Source of the DNA: Flavobacterium sp.
GTDB lineage: Bacteria; Bacteroidota; Bacteroidia; Flavobacteriales; Flavobacteriaceae
Assembly: GCF_044369455.1 (NCBI RefSeq)
Contig: NZ_JBIPLW010000009.1
Location: forward strand, 4,967 to 68,966
DNA length: 64,000 nt
Direction of reading: 5' to 3'
Part shown: positions 55,552 to 64,000 of the stretch, piece by piece
Numbering within the stretch: the first letter of the stretch is position 1
How the letters are laid out: every line of letters begins with the position of its first letter
Notes under the pieces: model-generated
The model's input: only the letters and a program-made list of their open reading frames with translations
Databases searched by the model: none
What the model was told of the DNA's origin: nothing
Program-made: the position numbers and the translations under genes

Positions 55552-56571
55552 ATGGATATTTTAATAAAATCGTTTAACAGACCATATTATTTGGATAGAT
55601 GTTTATTTTCAATCAATAAGCATGTGAACATTGGTAATGGAAAAATAAAGATTTTAGACGATGGAACACCACAAATTTATTTAGATAAGATTATTGATAA
55701 ATATCCCAATGTTATAATAAACAAGTCCGTGTTCTATGAAGAAAAAGTTCGGTATACAATTGAAGGTAAAAGACCTGAAAAATATAATATACCCATAAAT
55801 CTTTGGGTTGACGCAGCCCAAAAAGCCTCCGAAAATTTTATTCTGATTGAAGATGATACTTGGTTTATTAATGATATTAATCTTGATGAGGTAAATAAGG
55901 AAATAGCTATTAATAATGTTGCATTGACCAAACTGTATTGGATTGGAAATGCAAGAATCAATCAAAGCAAAAAAGAAATTCCCCTAAAGAATATTATACT
56001 TCTTATTCCTAAATTATTTACCACAATTCCAGCTATATATTATTTTGTTTTTTACAAGTTTGATTGTTTTAAAATCAGAAAAGCACTTCGTTTTTTTAAA
56101 ATAAATACCGACGAAAGAGAGCTTGCCTACCGAACAATTTATGCAGTTGCAGGAATGATTTTCAATAAAAACTATTTTACCAAATTATGGGATAACCATC
56201 AGAACAGTATTGATGAAGGACTACAAATTTTTAATGCTGTTAAGGTCTTCAGAAATCAAAATAAGAATCTGCAATTTGCAAGATACAAACATGAAATATT
56301 GAGAACTGGATTTATTTCATCAGCAACCAATCAGGATAAGGAAGTATATGCTGAAAATGTTGATATGTTTGTATTTAATAAACTTATGAATGAAGCATGG
56401 TTACATAATCAATTAGATGTTATAAGTTCCTTGCCCAATGATATTCAAGTTCAACCAATAATTAAAATACTTGATGAAAATTCTCAAAAAAAGATTTTAT
56501 CAAAAAATTGGATAGATTGGGTTGGAAGTTTCAAAGATTTTTATATAAAAATGGGTTGCAAAATAGATTGA
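55552..56571 (+). CDS. Putative glycosyltransferase (GT2-like N-terminus)
   Basis: 339 aa. ILIKSFNRPYYLDRCLFSI resembles the GT2 N-terminal motif; otherwise unrecognised. Confidence 0.45.
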   Translation: MDILIKSFNRPYYLDRCLFSINKHVNIGNGKIKILDDGTPQIYLDKIIDKYPNVIINKSVFYEEKVRYTIEGKRPEKYNIPINLWVDAAQKASENFILIEDDTWFINDINLDEVNKEIAINNVALTKLYWIGNARINQSKKEIPLKNIILLIPKLFTTIPAIYYFVFYKFDCFKIRKALRFFKINTDERELAYRTIYAVAGMIFNKNYFTKLWDNHQNSIDEGLQIFNAVKVFRNQNKNLQFARYKHEILRTGFISSATNQDKEVYAENVDMFVFNKLMNEAWLHNQLDVISSLPNDIQVQPIIKILDENSQKKILSKNWIDWVGSFKDFYIKMGCKID

Positions 56572-56578
56572 TTTTGTT

Positions 56579-58072
56579 ATGAGTAATGAGAATAGTAAAT
56601 CATATCGTTCTATTGTAAAAGCCACAGGAGTTTTTGGATCCATGCAGATTTTCAGAACTTTAGTGGGTATTGTAAGTTCTAAATTTGTTGCGGTTTATCT
56701 TGGGCCAATTGGTTTTGGATTGTTGTCACTTTTAACGAATGCAGTCAATATTATAGTAGCGATTACCAATTTTGAATTTCTCACGGTTGCCACAAGAGAA
56801 GTAGCTTTGGTAAGTAATTTAGATGATGATTCTCAACTATCTAAGACAATTGCTTTATTACAAAGAATGTCAGTATTTATTGGTGTTTCGGGTGCAATAG
56901 TTTGCTTGGTGTTTAGTAAAGGACTAAGTGTTTTAACTTTTGGCGATACCGAAAAGCAGCATTGGTTTATGATATTATCTTTCTATCTTCTCATAACAAG
57001 TATATCCAATGCTCGAATGGCGGTGCTTCAAGGAGTAAATAACATTAAAACTTTGGCAATATGCAATAGTATTGCAGCTTTAATTACTGCTATTGGAACT
57101 ATTGTAATTTATTATTTTTTAAGGATTGAAGGGATAATTTGGGCAATGATATATTCTAGTATCGTGATGTTTTTGGTTACTTATTATTTCACTAGACAAC
57201 ATAAATTTACAATTAATCTTTTTGGGTTTAAAGAGTTTTATAATAATGCATCACCAATTTTTAAGTTTGGATTTTTTATGTCGATAAATTTAATTCTGGG
57301 ACAGATTTGCAATTTCAGCATTAAACTTTATCTGAATGACAATGGAGCATCATCACAAGTTTTGGGATTTTATGAAGTAAGTACTGTAATTTTGATAAAC
57401 TACTTAGGAATGATTTTTAACGCAATGTCATATGATTTTTATCCCAAATTAACCTTTGTAAGTGCAGATAATGAAAAAGTAAAACAACTGGTAAATAATC
57501 AAATAGAAATTGCCTTAATTTTGGTCACGCCAGCGATAGTCTTTTTGTATTTGGCGGCTCCATTTTTAATAGAATTATTATATACTAAAGAATTTTCAAG
57601 TACTTTTTTAATTTTGAAAGTAGCTTTATTTTCTGTGATTCTAAAAGCGGTTATCTTTCCTTTGGGTTACATCGTTTTGGTAAAAGGCAACAAAAAATTA
57701 TTCTTTAAACAGGCATTGTTTAGCGATTTTCTTAACTTTTTTTTATCAATAGTATTATATAAATATTATGGTTTATTAGGTTTGGGAATTGCTTATTTTT
57801 TAAACTATGCTATATACGCAGTTTATGTTTATAAATTGGTTAACAAGCATTATGATTTTTTATTTGTACAATCTTGTAGAAAATTAATAATGGTGAGCCT
57901 AATTATTGGAATTTTGGCAATTATAATTATATACAGTTTTGAGCAATTATATACATATATTCTAATTTCGATATTGTTCCTGATTTCAGTTGTTTATTCT
58001 TATACTGAGCTTAATCAAAGAATTGACTTTAAAGATTACATAATAAAAAAAATCCGTAGGAATTACAAATAA
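56579..58072 (+). CDS. Oligosaccharide flippase (Wzx-like)
   Basis: 497 aa, polytopic membrane protein in a glycan locus. Confidence 0.7.
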   Translation: MSNENSKSYRSIVKATGVFGSMQIFRTLVGIVSSKFVAVYLGPIGFGLLSLLTNAVNIIVAITNFEFLTVATREVALVSNLDDDSQLSKTIALLQRMSVFIGVSGAIVCLVFSKGLSVLTFGDTEKQHWFMILSFYLLITSISNARMAVLQGVNNIKTLAICNSIAALITAIGTIVIYYFLRIEGIIWAMIYSSIVMFLVTYYFTRQHKFTINLFGFKEFYNNASPIFKFGFFMSINLILGQICNFSIKLYLNDNGASSQVLGFYEVSTVILINYLGMIFNAMSYDFYPKLTFVSADNEKVKQLVNNQIEIALILVTPAIVFLYLAAPFLIELLYTKEFSSTFLILKVALFSVILKAVIFPLGYIVLVKGNKKLFFKQALFSDFLNFFLSIVLYKYYGLLGLGIAYFLNYAIYAVYVYKLVNKHYDFLFVQSCRKLIMVSLIIGILAIIIIYSFEQLYTYILISILFLISVVYSYTELNQRIDFKDYIIKKIRRNYK

Positions 58073-58195
58073 TGAATTTGGTTGTTTTAGTTTCATCTTT
58101 TTATTTCAAATATAACTTAATTCGTTTTTTCTAAGTTTAATGTTACTTTAAGTTTAATTATTAATTTAACAAAAATTTTATAAGTATTTTTTTAT

Positions 58196-58203
58196 TATAT
58201 TTG
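58196..58203 (+). promoter_or_regulatory. Candidate -7 promoter box for the tail-fibre-like/S8 pair
   Basis: TATATTTG, 28 nt upstream of ATG 58232. Confidence 0.45.
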
Positions 58204-58231
58204 AGATGTTAAACAACTAGAACATTTTATT

Positions 58232-59386
58232 ATGAGAAAAAGTATTTTATTAAGCAGTTTGTTTTTTACAGCTATCTTTGGATATGCGCAAAACACTTTT
58301 CCTACTGGTGCAAATACCAATGTTGGTATTGGAACAACATCGCCATCTACTAGATTGCAAGTTACAAGTGCAACAGCAGGTACATCTGGGATTAGATTAA
58401 CTAACATGACAAGTGCTACAGCTACAACTACAGGAAATAGTAAGGCTCTTAGTGTTGACGCTTCGGGTAACATTATTTTAACCCCTGTTGTGAATACTGC
58501 TCCGACAGTAACGAATATTTATAACAGTAATGGAACTTTGTTATCAAACAGAACTGTAACACTTAACAATAATAATTTAAATTTTAATTCAGCTACTGCA
58601 GGAGGCAACTTATTTGTAAATGGAAGTAATGGGAATGTTGGAATTGGGAATGCTGCTCCAACTGCTAAACTAGATGTTTCAGGAATCCTGAAAGCAAATC
58701 AATCCGTTTTTACAAGCAGTTTAGCTGATGGTCAAACATTTTCTTCATTTCTTGATAGAAATGATAAATGTGTAGTTGCTGGTATTGGAAAATCGATTGG
58801 TTCAGGAGTTGGTTATTTAAATACAAGAATGATAAATTTCTTTGATTTTCCCGTTTCTAATTTAGATGCTAAATCTTCTTTTCTATTTAGTATAGAAGAC
58901 AGAAATGATTTTGGAAGATATAGAATGACAGGTGAGACTGGTGGAACGACTAATCTGATTATGTTAGATAAAACTCAAACAGAAGTTTTTAAAGTTTATG
59001 ATGACGGAAATAATAAAACTGTTCTTTCTTTACCAAAATCAGATTCTTATTTAGGTATTGGAACAACAAATTTTGTTGATGGTCTTGATACCTATAGATT
59101 ATCAGTTTAAGGGGCAATTAGAGCGGAAAGGGTTAGAGTATATACAACTTGGGCTGATTATGTTTTCAATAAAGACTATAATTTGCCAACTTTAGAGGAA
59201 GTAGAGCAGCATATCAAGGATAATGGACATTTAAAAGATATTCCATCTGCGAAAGAGGTGGAACAAAACGGTATTGAAGTAGGAGAAATGAACAAGTTAC
59301 TACTTCAAAAAGTGGAAGAATTAACTCTCTATATGATAGAGATGAACAAGGAAATAAACAGTTTGAAAGCTGAACTTAAAAAATAG
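58232..59386 (+). pseudogene. Tail-fibre-like secreted protein interrupted by one in-frame TAA (59108-59110)
   Basis: ORFs 58232-59110 and 59183-59386 are in the same frame. Read-through gives ..GLDTYRLSV*GAIRAERVRVYTTWADYVFNKDYNLPTLEEVEQHI.., a continuous domain. The 'M' of the second ORF is an internal TTG (Leu). Repeated NVGIGTTSPSTRLQV / NVGIGNAAPTAKLDV motifs. Confidence 0.6.
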
Positions 59387-59391
59387 TAAAT

Positions 59392-61461
59392 ATGAAAAAT
59401 ATTTATTTGTTTATACTTTGTTTTTTTTGCCTTTCATTAAATGCGCAATCAAAAATATATACCTATTACCTATATTTGAATGACTACACTCAGGCACCAA
59501 CTTTCACAATACAGAATGGATTGCTGATATATTCAGGTACAAATCAAGGAATGAAGGTAGTTTTTGATAAATATAAAATCTACGATTTTAAGCAAGCATT
59601 TCCAGATTTTGTTGAAAGTACAAAAATCTTAAATGTTTTTTTAGTTGTAACTGACAGTAGTACTTTGATTAATGAATTGAAGAATGGTTTTCAATCTAAC
59701 TTTTTAAATTCGGATGATTTGACCGATAAAACAGTTGGTACATTAAATTATTATCCTACCGATTATGGAACTACACATTTACCTAACACAGGTGCAAATG
59801 TTTCAAGAAGTGAACTAGATTATCTTTCTGCACCAGTTGCTTGGGATATTACAAGAGGTAATCCCTCAACTATCGTCGGTATTTCTGATACAGCATTTGA
59901 TAATACCTCCCCAGATTTAAGCAATAAATTATCCTTTGTTCCAGGATGGAATGGGTTCTCTTCAAGTTGGGAGCATGGTACCGCTGTAGCCGAATTAGCC
60001 GCAGGTAGAGGAAACAATTCGGGTAGTGTTGGCGTATGTATGGATTGTAATATTTTAGCATCCCCTATAGGTTTTGGTGACATTTCAAGTGTAACTGCGT
60101 TTAATAATTTAAGAAAATTAGCAGCAGGAGGTGCAAGAGTGATAAATATGAGTTGGCATAACGGCTGGGGTCATCAAAATTATATGGTTGGATATAGGCA
60201 AATTGAACAAGACATCATTAATTTTTTAGTTACAACTTACGATGTTGTTTTTGTTGGAGCTGCTGGAAATCTCCCATCTTATTCTACAGCTCAATCCTAT
60301 ATAAGTCAAGAGTCGTCAGGCGGAGTGCCAAACGGAAATCCAATTACTCCTTTTGGAGAACTATTCATTTACCCAGCCTCATATGACAACGTTATTTCAG
60401 TTTCAACGGTAAATCATAAGAATCCTTACACTTTGCCATTATCAAATATTGCTGACCCATTAATTAATCCAAGTTATTGTTGTACTTCGCCTTGGTTTCC
60501 AATTCATGTTCGATTGCAAGATTCGGTATCTGCATCTGCAAGTTCTTTGGACCCAAATAACCCAGTAGGAGTATTAAGAAATGGGTATTATCAAAACGTC
60601 TATAATCCTGATGGTTTTCAATGGGGACATACAGTTAATGGTCTTGTTGATTTAATGTCTACTGGATATGATGTGTTTGATTATTCAGCATATTTAAACC
60701 CATCCTCAGGCATGCCATTGTATAATAATGGAACCTCATTTTCCGCCCCAATTGTTTCTGGGACACTCGGTTTGATGTTTACGGTAAATCCTTGCCTTAA
60801 CTCTACTGAAGCAAGAAGTGTTCTGCAATTAACGTCAAAAGATATTGAGCATTATTCAACACTAAATCAAAACTACACCGATAAAGTTGGGTCAGGAAAA
60901 CTTGAAATTGGTAAAAGTGTTATTTTTGTTGATGAAATGACGAAAACAAATGGGAACTCAGTTATTGAGAATCACACTTTTACTAGATTTAATTTTGACC
61001 TTTCAAGAATAAACAATAAGTTGACAATGAACAATGTTGTTTTTATGGATGTTAACACTTCTTCGTTTACCGCAAAAAACAATATTGAAATTACAAATGC
61101 TGATTTTAGGCCAAATTCAACAGGCAATATGGATTTGAAAGTTAGAGGGAATTTGACTGTTTGTGGTTTGACTTCGAAAGGTGGGGGTGGTGTAATTAAG
61201 GATGAAAGTGTTATCAAAAATGTTAAGGATGCTGTATTGTTTCCAAATCCTAACAACGGTTCATTTTCAATATTTTTGAGAGAAAAAGAAGTTAAGGATT
61301 TGTCGGTAAATGTTTTTGATGTGTTTGGAAAACTTGTTTATGAAACAAAAGTAAATCAAAATGAATTTGAGTTGAATATTCCTAATCTTCCAACCGGAAT
61401 CTATTTAGTGAAGTTAAATTCAAACTCAATTAATGAGACTCTTAAATTTATAAAAGAATAG
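59392..61461 (+). CDS. S8 family serine peptidase with T9SS type A C-terminal sorting domain
   Basis: 689 aa. Catalytic Asp (VGISDTAFD), His (WEHGTAVAELAAG) and Ser (NGTSFSAPIVSG). CTD: LFPNPNNGSFSIFL..VNVFDVFGKLVY..LPTGIYLVKL. Confidence 0.88.
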   Translation: MKNIYLFILCFFCLSLNAQSKIYTYYLYLNDYTQAPTFTIQNGLLIYSGTNQGMKVVFDKYKIYDFKQAFPDFVESTKILNVFLVVTDSSTLINELKNGFQSNFLNSDDLTDKTVGTLNYYPTDYGTTHLPNTGANVSRSELDYLSAPVAWDITRGNPSTIVGISDTAFDNTSPDLSNKLSFVPGWNGFSSSWEHGTAVAELAAGRGNNSGSVGVCMDCNILASPIGFGDISSVTAFNNLRKLAAGGARVINMSWHNGWGHQNYMVGYRQIEQDIINFLVTTYDVVFVGAAGNLPSYSTAQSYISQESSGGVPNGNPITPFGELFIYPASYDNVISVSTVNHKNPYTLPLSNIADPLINPSYCCTSPWFPIHVRLQDSVSASASSLDPNNPVGVLRNGYYQNVYNPDGFQWGHTVNGLVDLMSTGYDVFDYSAYLNPSSGMPLYNNGTSFSAPIVSGTLGLMFTVNPCLNSTEARSVLQLTSKDIEHYSTLNQNYTDKVGSGKLEIGKSVIFVDEMTKTNGNSVIENHTFTRFNFDLSRINNKLTMNNVVFMDVNTSSFTAKNNIEITNADFRPNSTGNMDLKVRGNLTVCGLTSKGGGGVIKDESVIKNVKDAVLFPNPNNGSFSIFLREKEVKDLSVNVFDVFGKLVYETKVNQNEFELNIPNLPTGIYLVKLNSNSINETLKFIKE

Positions 61462-61483
61462 GTTTTTAAAATTTTATTTTGAG

Positions 61484-61516
61484 AAAGGGATGGTTATTGG
61501 CCATCCCTTTTTTTAT
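61484..61516 (+). terminator. Rho-independent terminator of the S8 gene, overlapping the 3' end of the convergent GT gene
   Basis: AAAGGGATGG-ttattgg-CCATCCCTTT followed by T5. The 3' arm encodes the last residues (..KRDGQ*) of the minus-strand ORF. Confidence 0.7.
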
Positions 61517-62642
61517 TCCAAACCTCAATATATTTCTCTGCAATTTTCAAATAATCATGCTCCTTTTCTATAATCGCTCTTGCTCGTTTACCGATGGCTT
61601 GAATTTCGTTTGGATTTTCAATTAAAAATGATAATTCCTTAACTAAATAATCCACATCGGGTAACCCGTTTATCGCTACTTTTTCAGTCAGATTATAATG
61701 CTTTTCAAAGACTTCACTTGCATTAGTAAAAACTACTTTCCCTTTTGCCATTCCTTCTAAACCATTACTGCCTTGATCGTGGCCATACAATTGGTCAAGT
61801 ACTATATGCGCTTGATTATACAGATTTATGTATTTGATGTAAGGTACATTTTCGACGGTTAGAATTTCTACATTCTCTCCATATTTCTGTTTAATAATTT
61901 CAAGCGCTTTCTCATAAAAATCATTTCCTTTTTTAAAATAACTTTCTCGATTGATACCATGAAAAATGACAATTTTATCATCTATTTTCAATTCGCTTTT
62001 CGCAAATTTATCCAGGTTTATCGGACTTGGAATCATTCCTAAATACTTCGAATGATTTTGAAGCGGAATATGATAATCGATATCGGTTGCAATCACACCT
62101 TGAATAGTTGTATAAATATACTGATGCAGTTTTTCAAACGATTTGGTTCTAAATTTTAAAACATTCGAAAAATTCTTATCTGCAATTTTTCCAGCCAAAT
62201 AAGGTTGAATTATGGACGGATTTTCAGGATGTTTGAAATTGTATTCGACATAAGGATAATCATCACCACTAGAAAGCAGAAACACTTTTTTATTGTTGGC
62301 AAAAATGAAATCTAAAATCTTTTTTTCATTGCTATAATTACAAAAAAAACTGTTTTCATTTATGAGTTGTACCACATCAAAATTGGTAAAATGATTTCTT
62401 TTTCTCCAAAATTGACGATAAATCAAGTAGGAAGTAATATCAAAACCAAATAGAACAAGAACAAACAACTTAATTTTTTTGAGTAATCCAGCGTCCCACT
62501 TTTTGGCTAACTTAAAATCAACAGGATAATTTTTGAAACCATCACTAAATCCGAGAATAGTAACCTCATGTCCAAGTTTTTGTAATCCTTCTTTTAAGGA
62601 ATTGTGCAATCGGCTGTATTCTCCAATGAGTAAAATCTTCAT
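61494..62642 (-). CDS. Glycosyltransferase (GT-B fold, GT1/GT4-like)
   Basis: 382 aa with MKILLIGEYSRLHNSLKEGLQKLGHEV and a C-terminal E(G)MAKGKVV-type motif. Confidence 0.6.
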   Translation of the reverse strand: MKILLIGEYSRLHNSLKEGLQKLGHEVTILGFSDGFKNYPVDFKLAKKWDAGLLKKIKLFVLVLFGFDITSYLIYRQFWRKRNHFTNFDVVQLINENSFFCNYSNEKKILDFIFANNKKVFLLSSGDDYPYVEYNFKHPENPSIIQPYLAGKIADKNFSNVLKFRTKSFEKLHQYIYTTIQGVIATDIDYHIPLQNHSKYLGMIPSPINLDKFAKSELKIDDKIVIFHGINRESYFKKGNDFYEKALEIIKQKYGENVEILTVENVPYIKYINLYNQAHIVLDQLYGHDQGSNGLEGMAKGKVVFTNASEVFEKHYNLTEKVAINGLPDVDYLVKELSFLIENPNEIQAIGKRARAIIEKEHDYLKIAEKYIEVWNKKRDGQ

Positions 62643-62652
62643 TTTATTTTTT

Positions 62653-62764
62653 CGTCAGTTTGAGTGTTTTGTTTCGCTTCTCGATACATCCGGCAAGGCG
62701 GACACTCGAAGTGACGGCTTATGCGAAAGCAACGGCCGAAGGAAACAAAATGTATCGAGAATAG
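62653..62764. repeat. Mosaic intergenic repeat element between divergent GT genes
   Basis: Shares three exact modules with 31047-31152 and one with 24009-24097 (see those features). It has an internal 12-bp inverted repeat ttctcgatacat (62677-62688) / atgtatcgagaa (62750-62761). Confidence 0.8.
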
Positions 62765-62780
62765 TAAACTTAAATATTTC

Positions 62781-62788
62781 TATATTTG
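62781..62788 (+). promoter_or_regulatory. Candidate -7 promoter box for the GT4 gene
   Basis: TATATTTG, 18 nt upstream of ATG 62807. Confidence 0.45.
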
Positions 62789-62806
62789 ATGCAATATAAG
62801 TAAGAA

Positions 62807-63892
62807 ATGAAAAACAACAACAAAATTGCTATAGTTTCCGCATCACTTGGTGTTGGTGGTGCTGAGCGTTTTGCAGGTTTGTTGAGTTTCATGCTGCACG
62901 ACTTGGGTTATGAAGTGCATCATATTATTATACTTGATTATGTTGATTATGATTACAAAGGAACTTTAGTCAATTTAGGGAAGTTGTTTGCCAATGAAAA
63001 AGGTATTTTCAGAGCTGTAAAAAAAGGGAAATATATTGCAAGATACCTTGCTGAAAATGATATCGAGATGGTTATTGACAATCGCTCCAGACCAACAATA
63101 CCAAGAGAATTATTCACAAAATGGATTTACGGTAATCGAAAAATTTATTATTTCTTTCATAGTTCCAATCTAGAAATGTATTTGACGAATTCTGTTTTTT
63201 GGGCAAAATATATTTTCGGAAACGCCACTAAATTGGTTTGTGTGTCTCACGAAATAGAAGAAAAACTAAAGAACAACTATCAATTTACCAATACAAAAAC
63301 CATCTATAATCCAATTGTTTTCCCTGCAACTATTCTTGAAAAGCCAGCAGCTATTCCTGAAAATTACATTTTGTTTTTTGGTAGATTGGAAGAAGGAATT
63401 AAAAATTTCAGCTTACTATTACATGCATTCTCCAAATCAAAAGTTTATGAAAATGACATTAAATTGCTCATCATTGGTGATGGTTCAAGCAAGGAATTTA
63501 TTTTAGCTAAAGTCATCGAGTTACAGTTAGAAAATCACATCCAAATTATACCTTTCCAAAAAAATATTTTACCCTATATTCAGCATGCAAAATGCACTAT
63601 TTTAACCAGTCATTTTGAAGGTTTTCCAATGTCGATTTTAGAATCATTAGCTGCTGGAACTCCAGTAATTTCAGTAGATTGTGAAACAGGTCCAAAAGAA
63701 ATTATTCAAAATAGGTATAACGGAATATTGGTTCCAAATAATGAAGAAGAAGCATTGTCTCAAGCTATTATCGATCTGATTTCTGATGAAAAATTATATC
63801 AAAATTGTAAAAAAAATGCGCAAAAAAGCGTAGAACATTTATCTTTGAAAACCATTGCATTACAATGGAAACAATTACTATCCGAAAAATGA
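62807..63892 (+). CDS. Glycosyltransferase family 4
   Basis: 361 aa with SASLGVGGAERF and HFEGFPMSILESLAAGTPVIS (the EX7E region). Confidence 0.85.
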   Translation: MKNNNKIAIVSASLGVGGAERFAGLLSFMLHDLGYEVHHIIILDYVDYDYKGTLVNLGKLFANEKGIFRAVKKGKYIARYLAENDIEMVIDNRSRPTIPRELFTKWIYGNRKIYYFFHSSNLEMYLTNSVFWAKYIFGNATKLVCVSHEIEEKLKNNYQFTNTKTIYNPIVFPATILEKPAAIPENYILFFGRLEEGIKNFSLLLHAFSKSKVYENDIKLLIIGDGSSKEFILAKVIELQLENHIQIIPFQKNILPYIQHAKCTILTSHFEGFPMSILESLAAGTPVISVDCETGPKEIIQNRYNGILVPNNEEEALSQAIIDLISDEKLYQNCKKNAQKSVEHLSLKTIALQWKQLLSEK

Positions 63893-64000
63893 CAACCATA
63901 ATCGACGTTCAGATTATTGACATTACTAAAGTTCACGATACGCGTGGCAATCTTTCTGTGATACAAGGCGAAGCTATCCCGTTTGAAATGAAACGGGTAT
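63889..64000 (+). CDS. WxcM/FdtA-like sugar 3,4-ketoisomerase, N-terminal 37 codons only (runs off window)
   Basis: Own translation from the ATG overlapping the upstream TGA (ATGA): MTTIIDVQIIDITKVHDTRGNLSVIQGEAIPFEMKRV. The pattern D.RG.L...E....IPF..KR is typical of the FdtA/WxcM cupin N-terminus. Confidence 0.6.
   Translation, partial: MTTIIDVQIIDITKVHDTRGNLSVIQGEAIPFEMKRV

Noticed and set aside
62677-62761. The 12-bp perfect inverted repeat (ttctcgatacat/atgtatcgagaa) as an invertible promoter switch between the divergent glycosyltransferase genes.
   Set aside because: Only 61 bp are enclosed and no TAnnTTTG box lies inside in either orientation. The GT4 -7 box lies outside at 62781. 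No recombinase gene is nearby, and the same arms occur in the repeat element at 31 kb, where they act as a terminator stem.
62533-62799. 88-aa + strand ORF spanning the intergenic region between the divergent GT genes.
   Set aside because: It starts antisense inside the GT gene and runs through the mosaic repeat element. Such repeats typically create spurious ORFs.
1-64000. Mobile genetic elements (IS, integrase, phage or conjugative genes).
   Set aside because: No transposase, integrase, recombinase, relaxase or phage structural gene could be recognised in any frame. The only hints of mobility are indirect: the GC-rich gene at the tRNA, and the small repeat elements.

Overview
This is an AT-rich Bacteroidota chromosome segment, about 30% G+C by spot counts. 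It most likely comes from a Flavobacterium-like member of the Flavobacteriaceae. The supporting signals are T9SS type A and type B C-terminal sorting domains, a 729-aa type III glutamine synthetase, the folP/DUF1599/BT_3928-like neighbourhood, and TAnnTTTG -7 boxes in front of many genes.

I call about 57 protein-coding genes, one of them interrupted by an in-frame stop, plus one tRNA with a CAT anticodon. There is no rRNA, CRISPR array, transposase or integrase.

Most of the window is housekeeping:
- fmt, a RecQ-family helicase and HU
- GS-III
- clpS-prmA, tpiA, folP, rlmH and aroE
- purA, fur, RelA/SpoT and a TrmH-family methyltransferase

These are interleaved with two envelope-glycan loci (11.2-17.9 kb and 54.0-64.0 kb) and several secreted or T9SS surface proteins.

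I found no complete, obviously novel multi-gene system. These observations are the ones most worth following up:
1. A GC-rich (about 53-55% by spot counts) adhesin-like gene, missing from the ORF track, runs off the left edge and abuts the 3' end of the tRNA.
2. A hidden 55-aa ORF is translationally coupled to a minimal nucleotidyltransferase inside a glycan operon.
3. A tail-fibre-like gene with an in-frame TAA and an S8/T9SS peptidase gene sit together between the genes of a glycan locus.
4. A 20-unit AAATCCY heptamer array and related heptamer and hexamer microsatellites lie in 5' regions of minus-strand genes.
5. A mosaic family of GC-rich intergenic repeat modules occurs with near-identical terminators.
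6. Three tandem double-OmpA-domain paralogues carry Cys-containing variants of the GHTD motif.

All functional calls rest on motif recognition by eye. No database search was possible.
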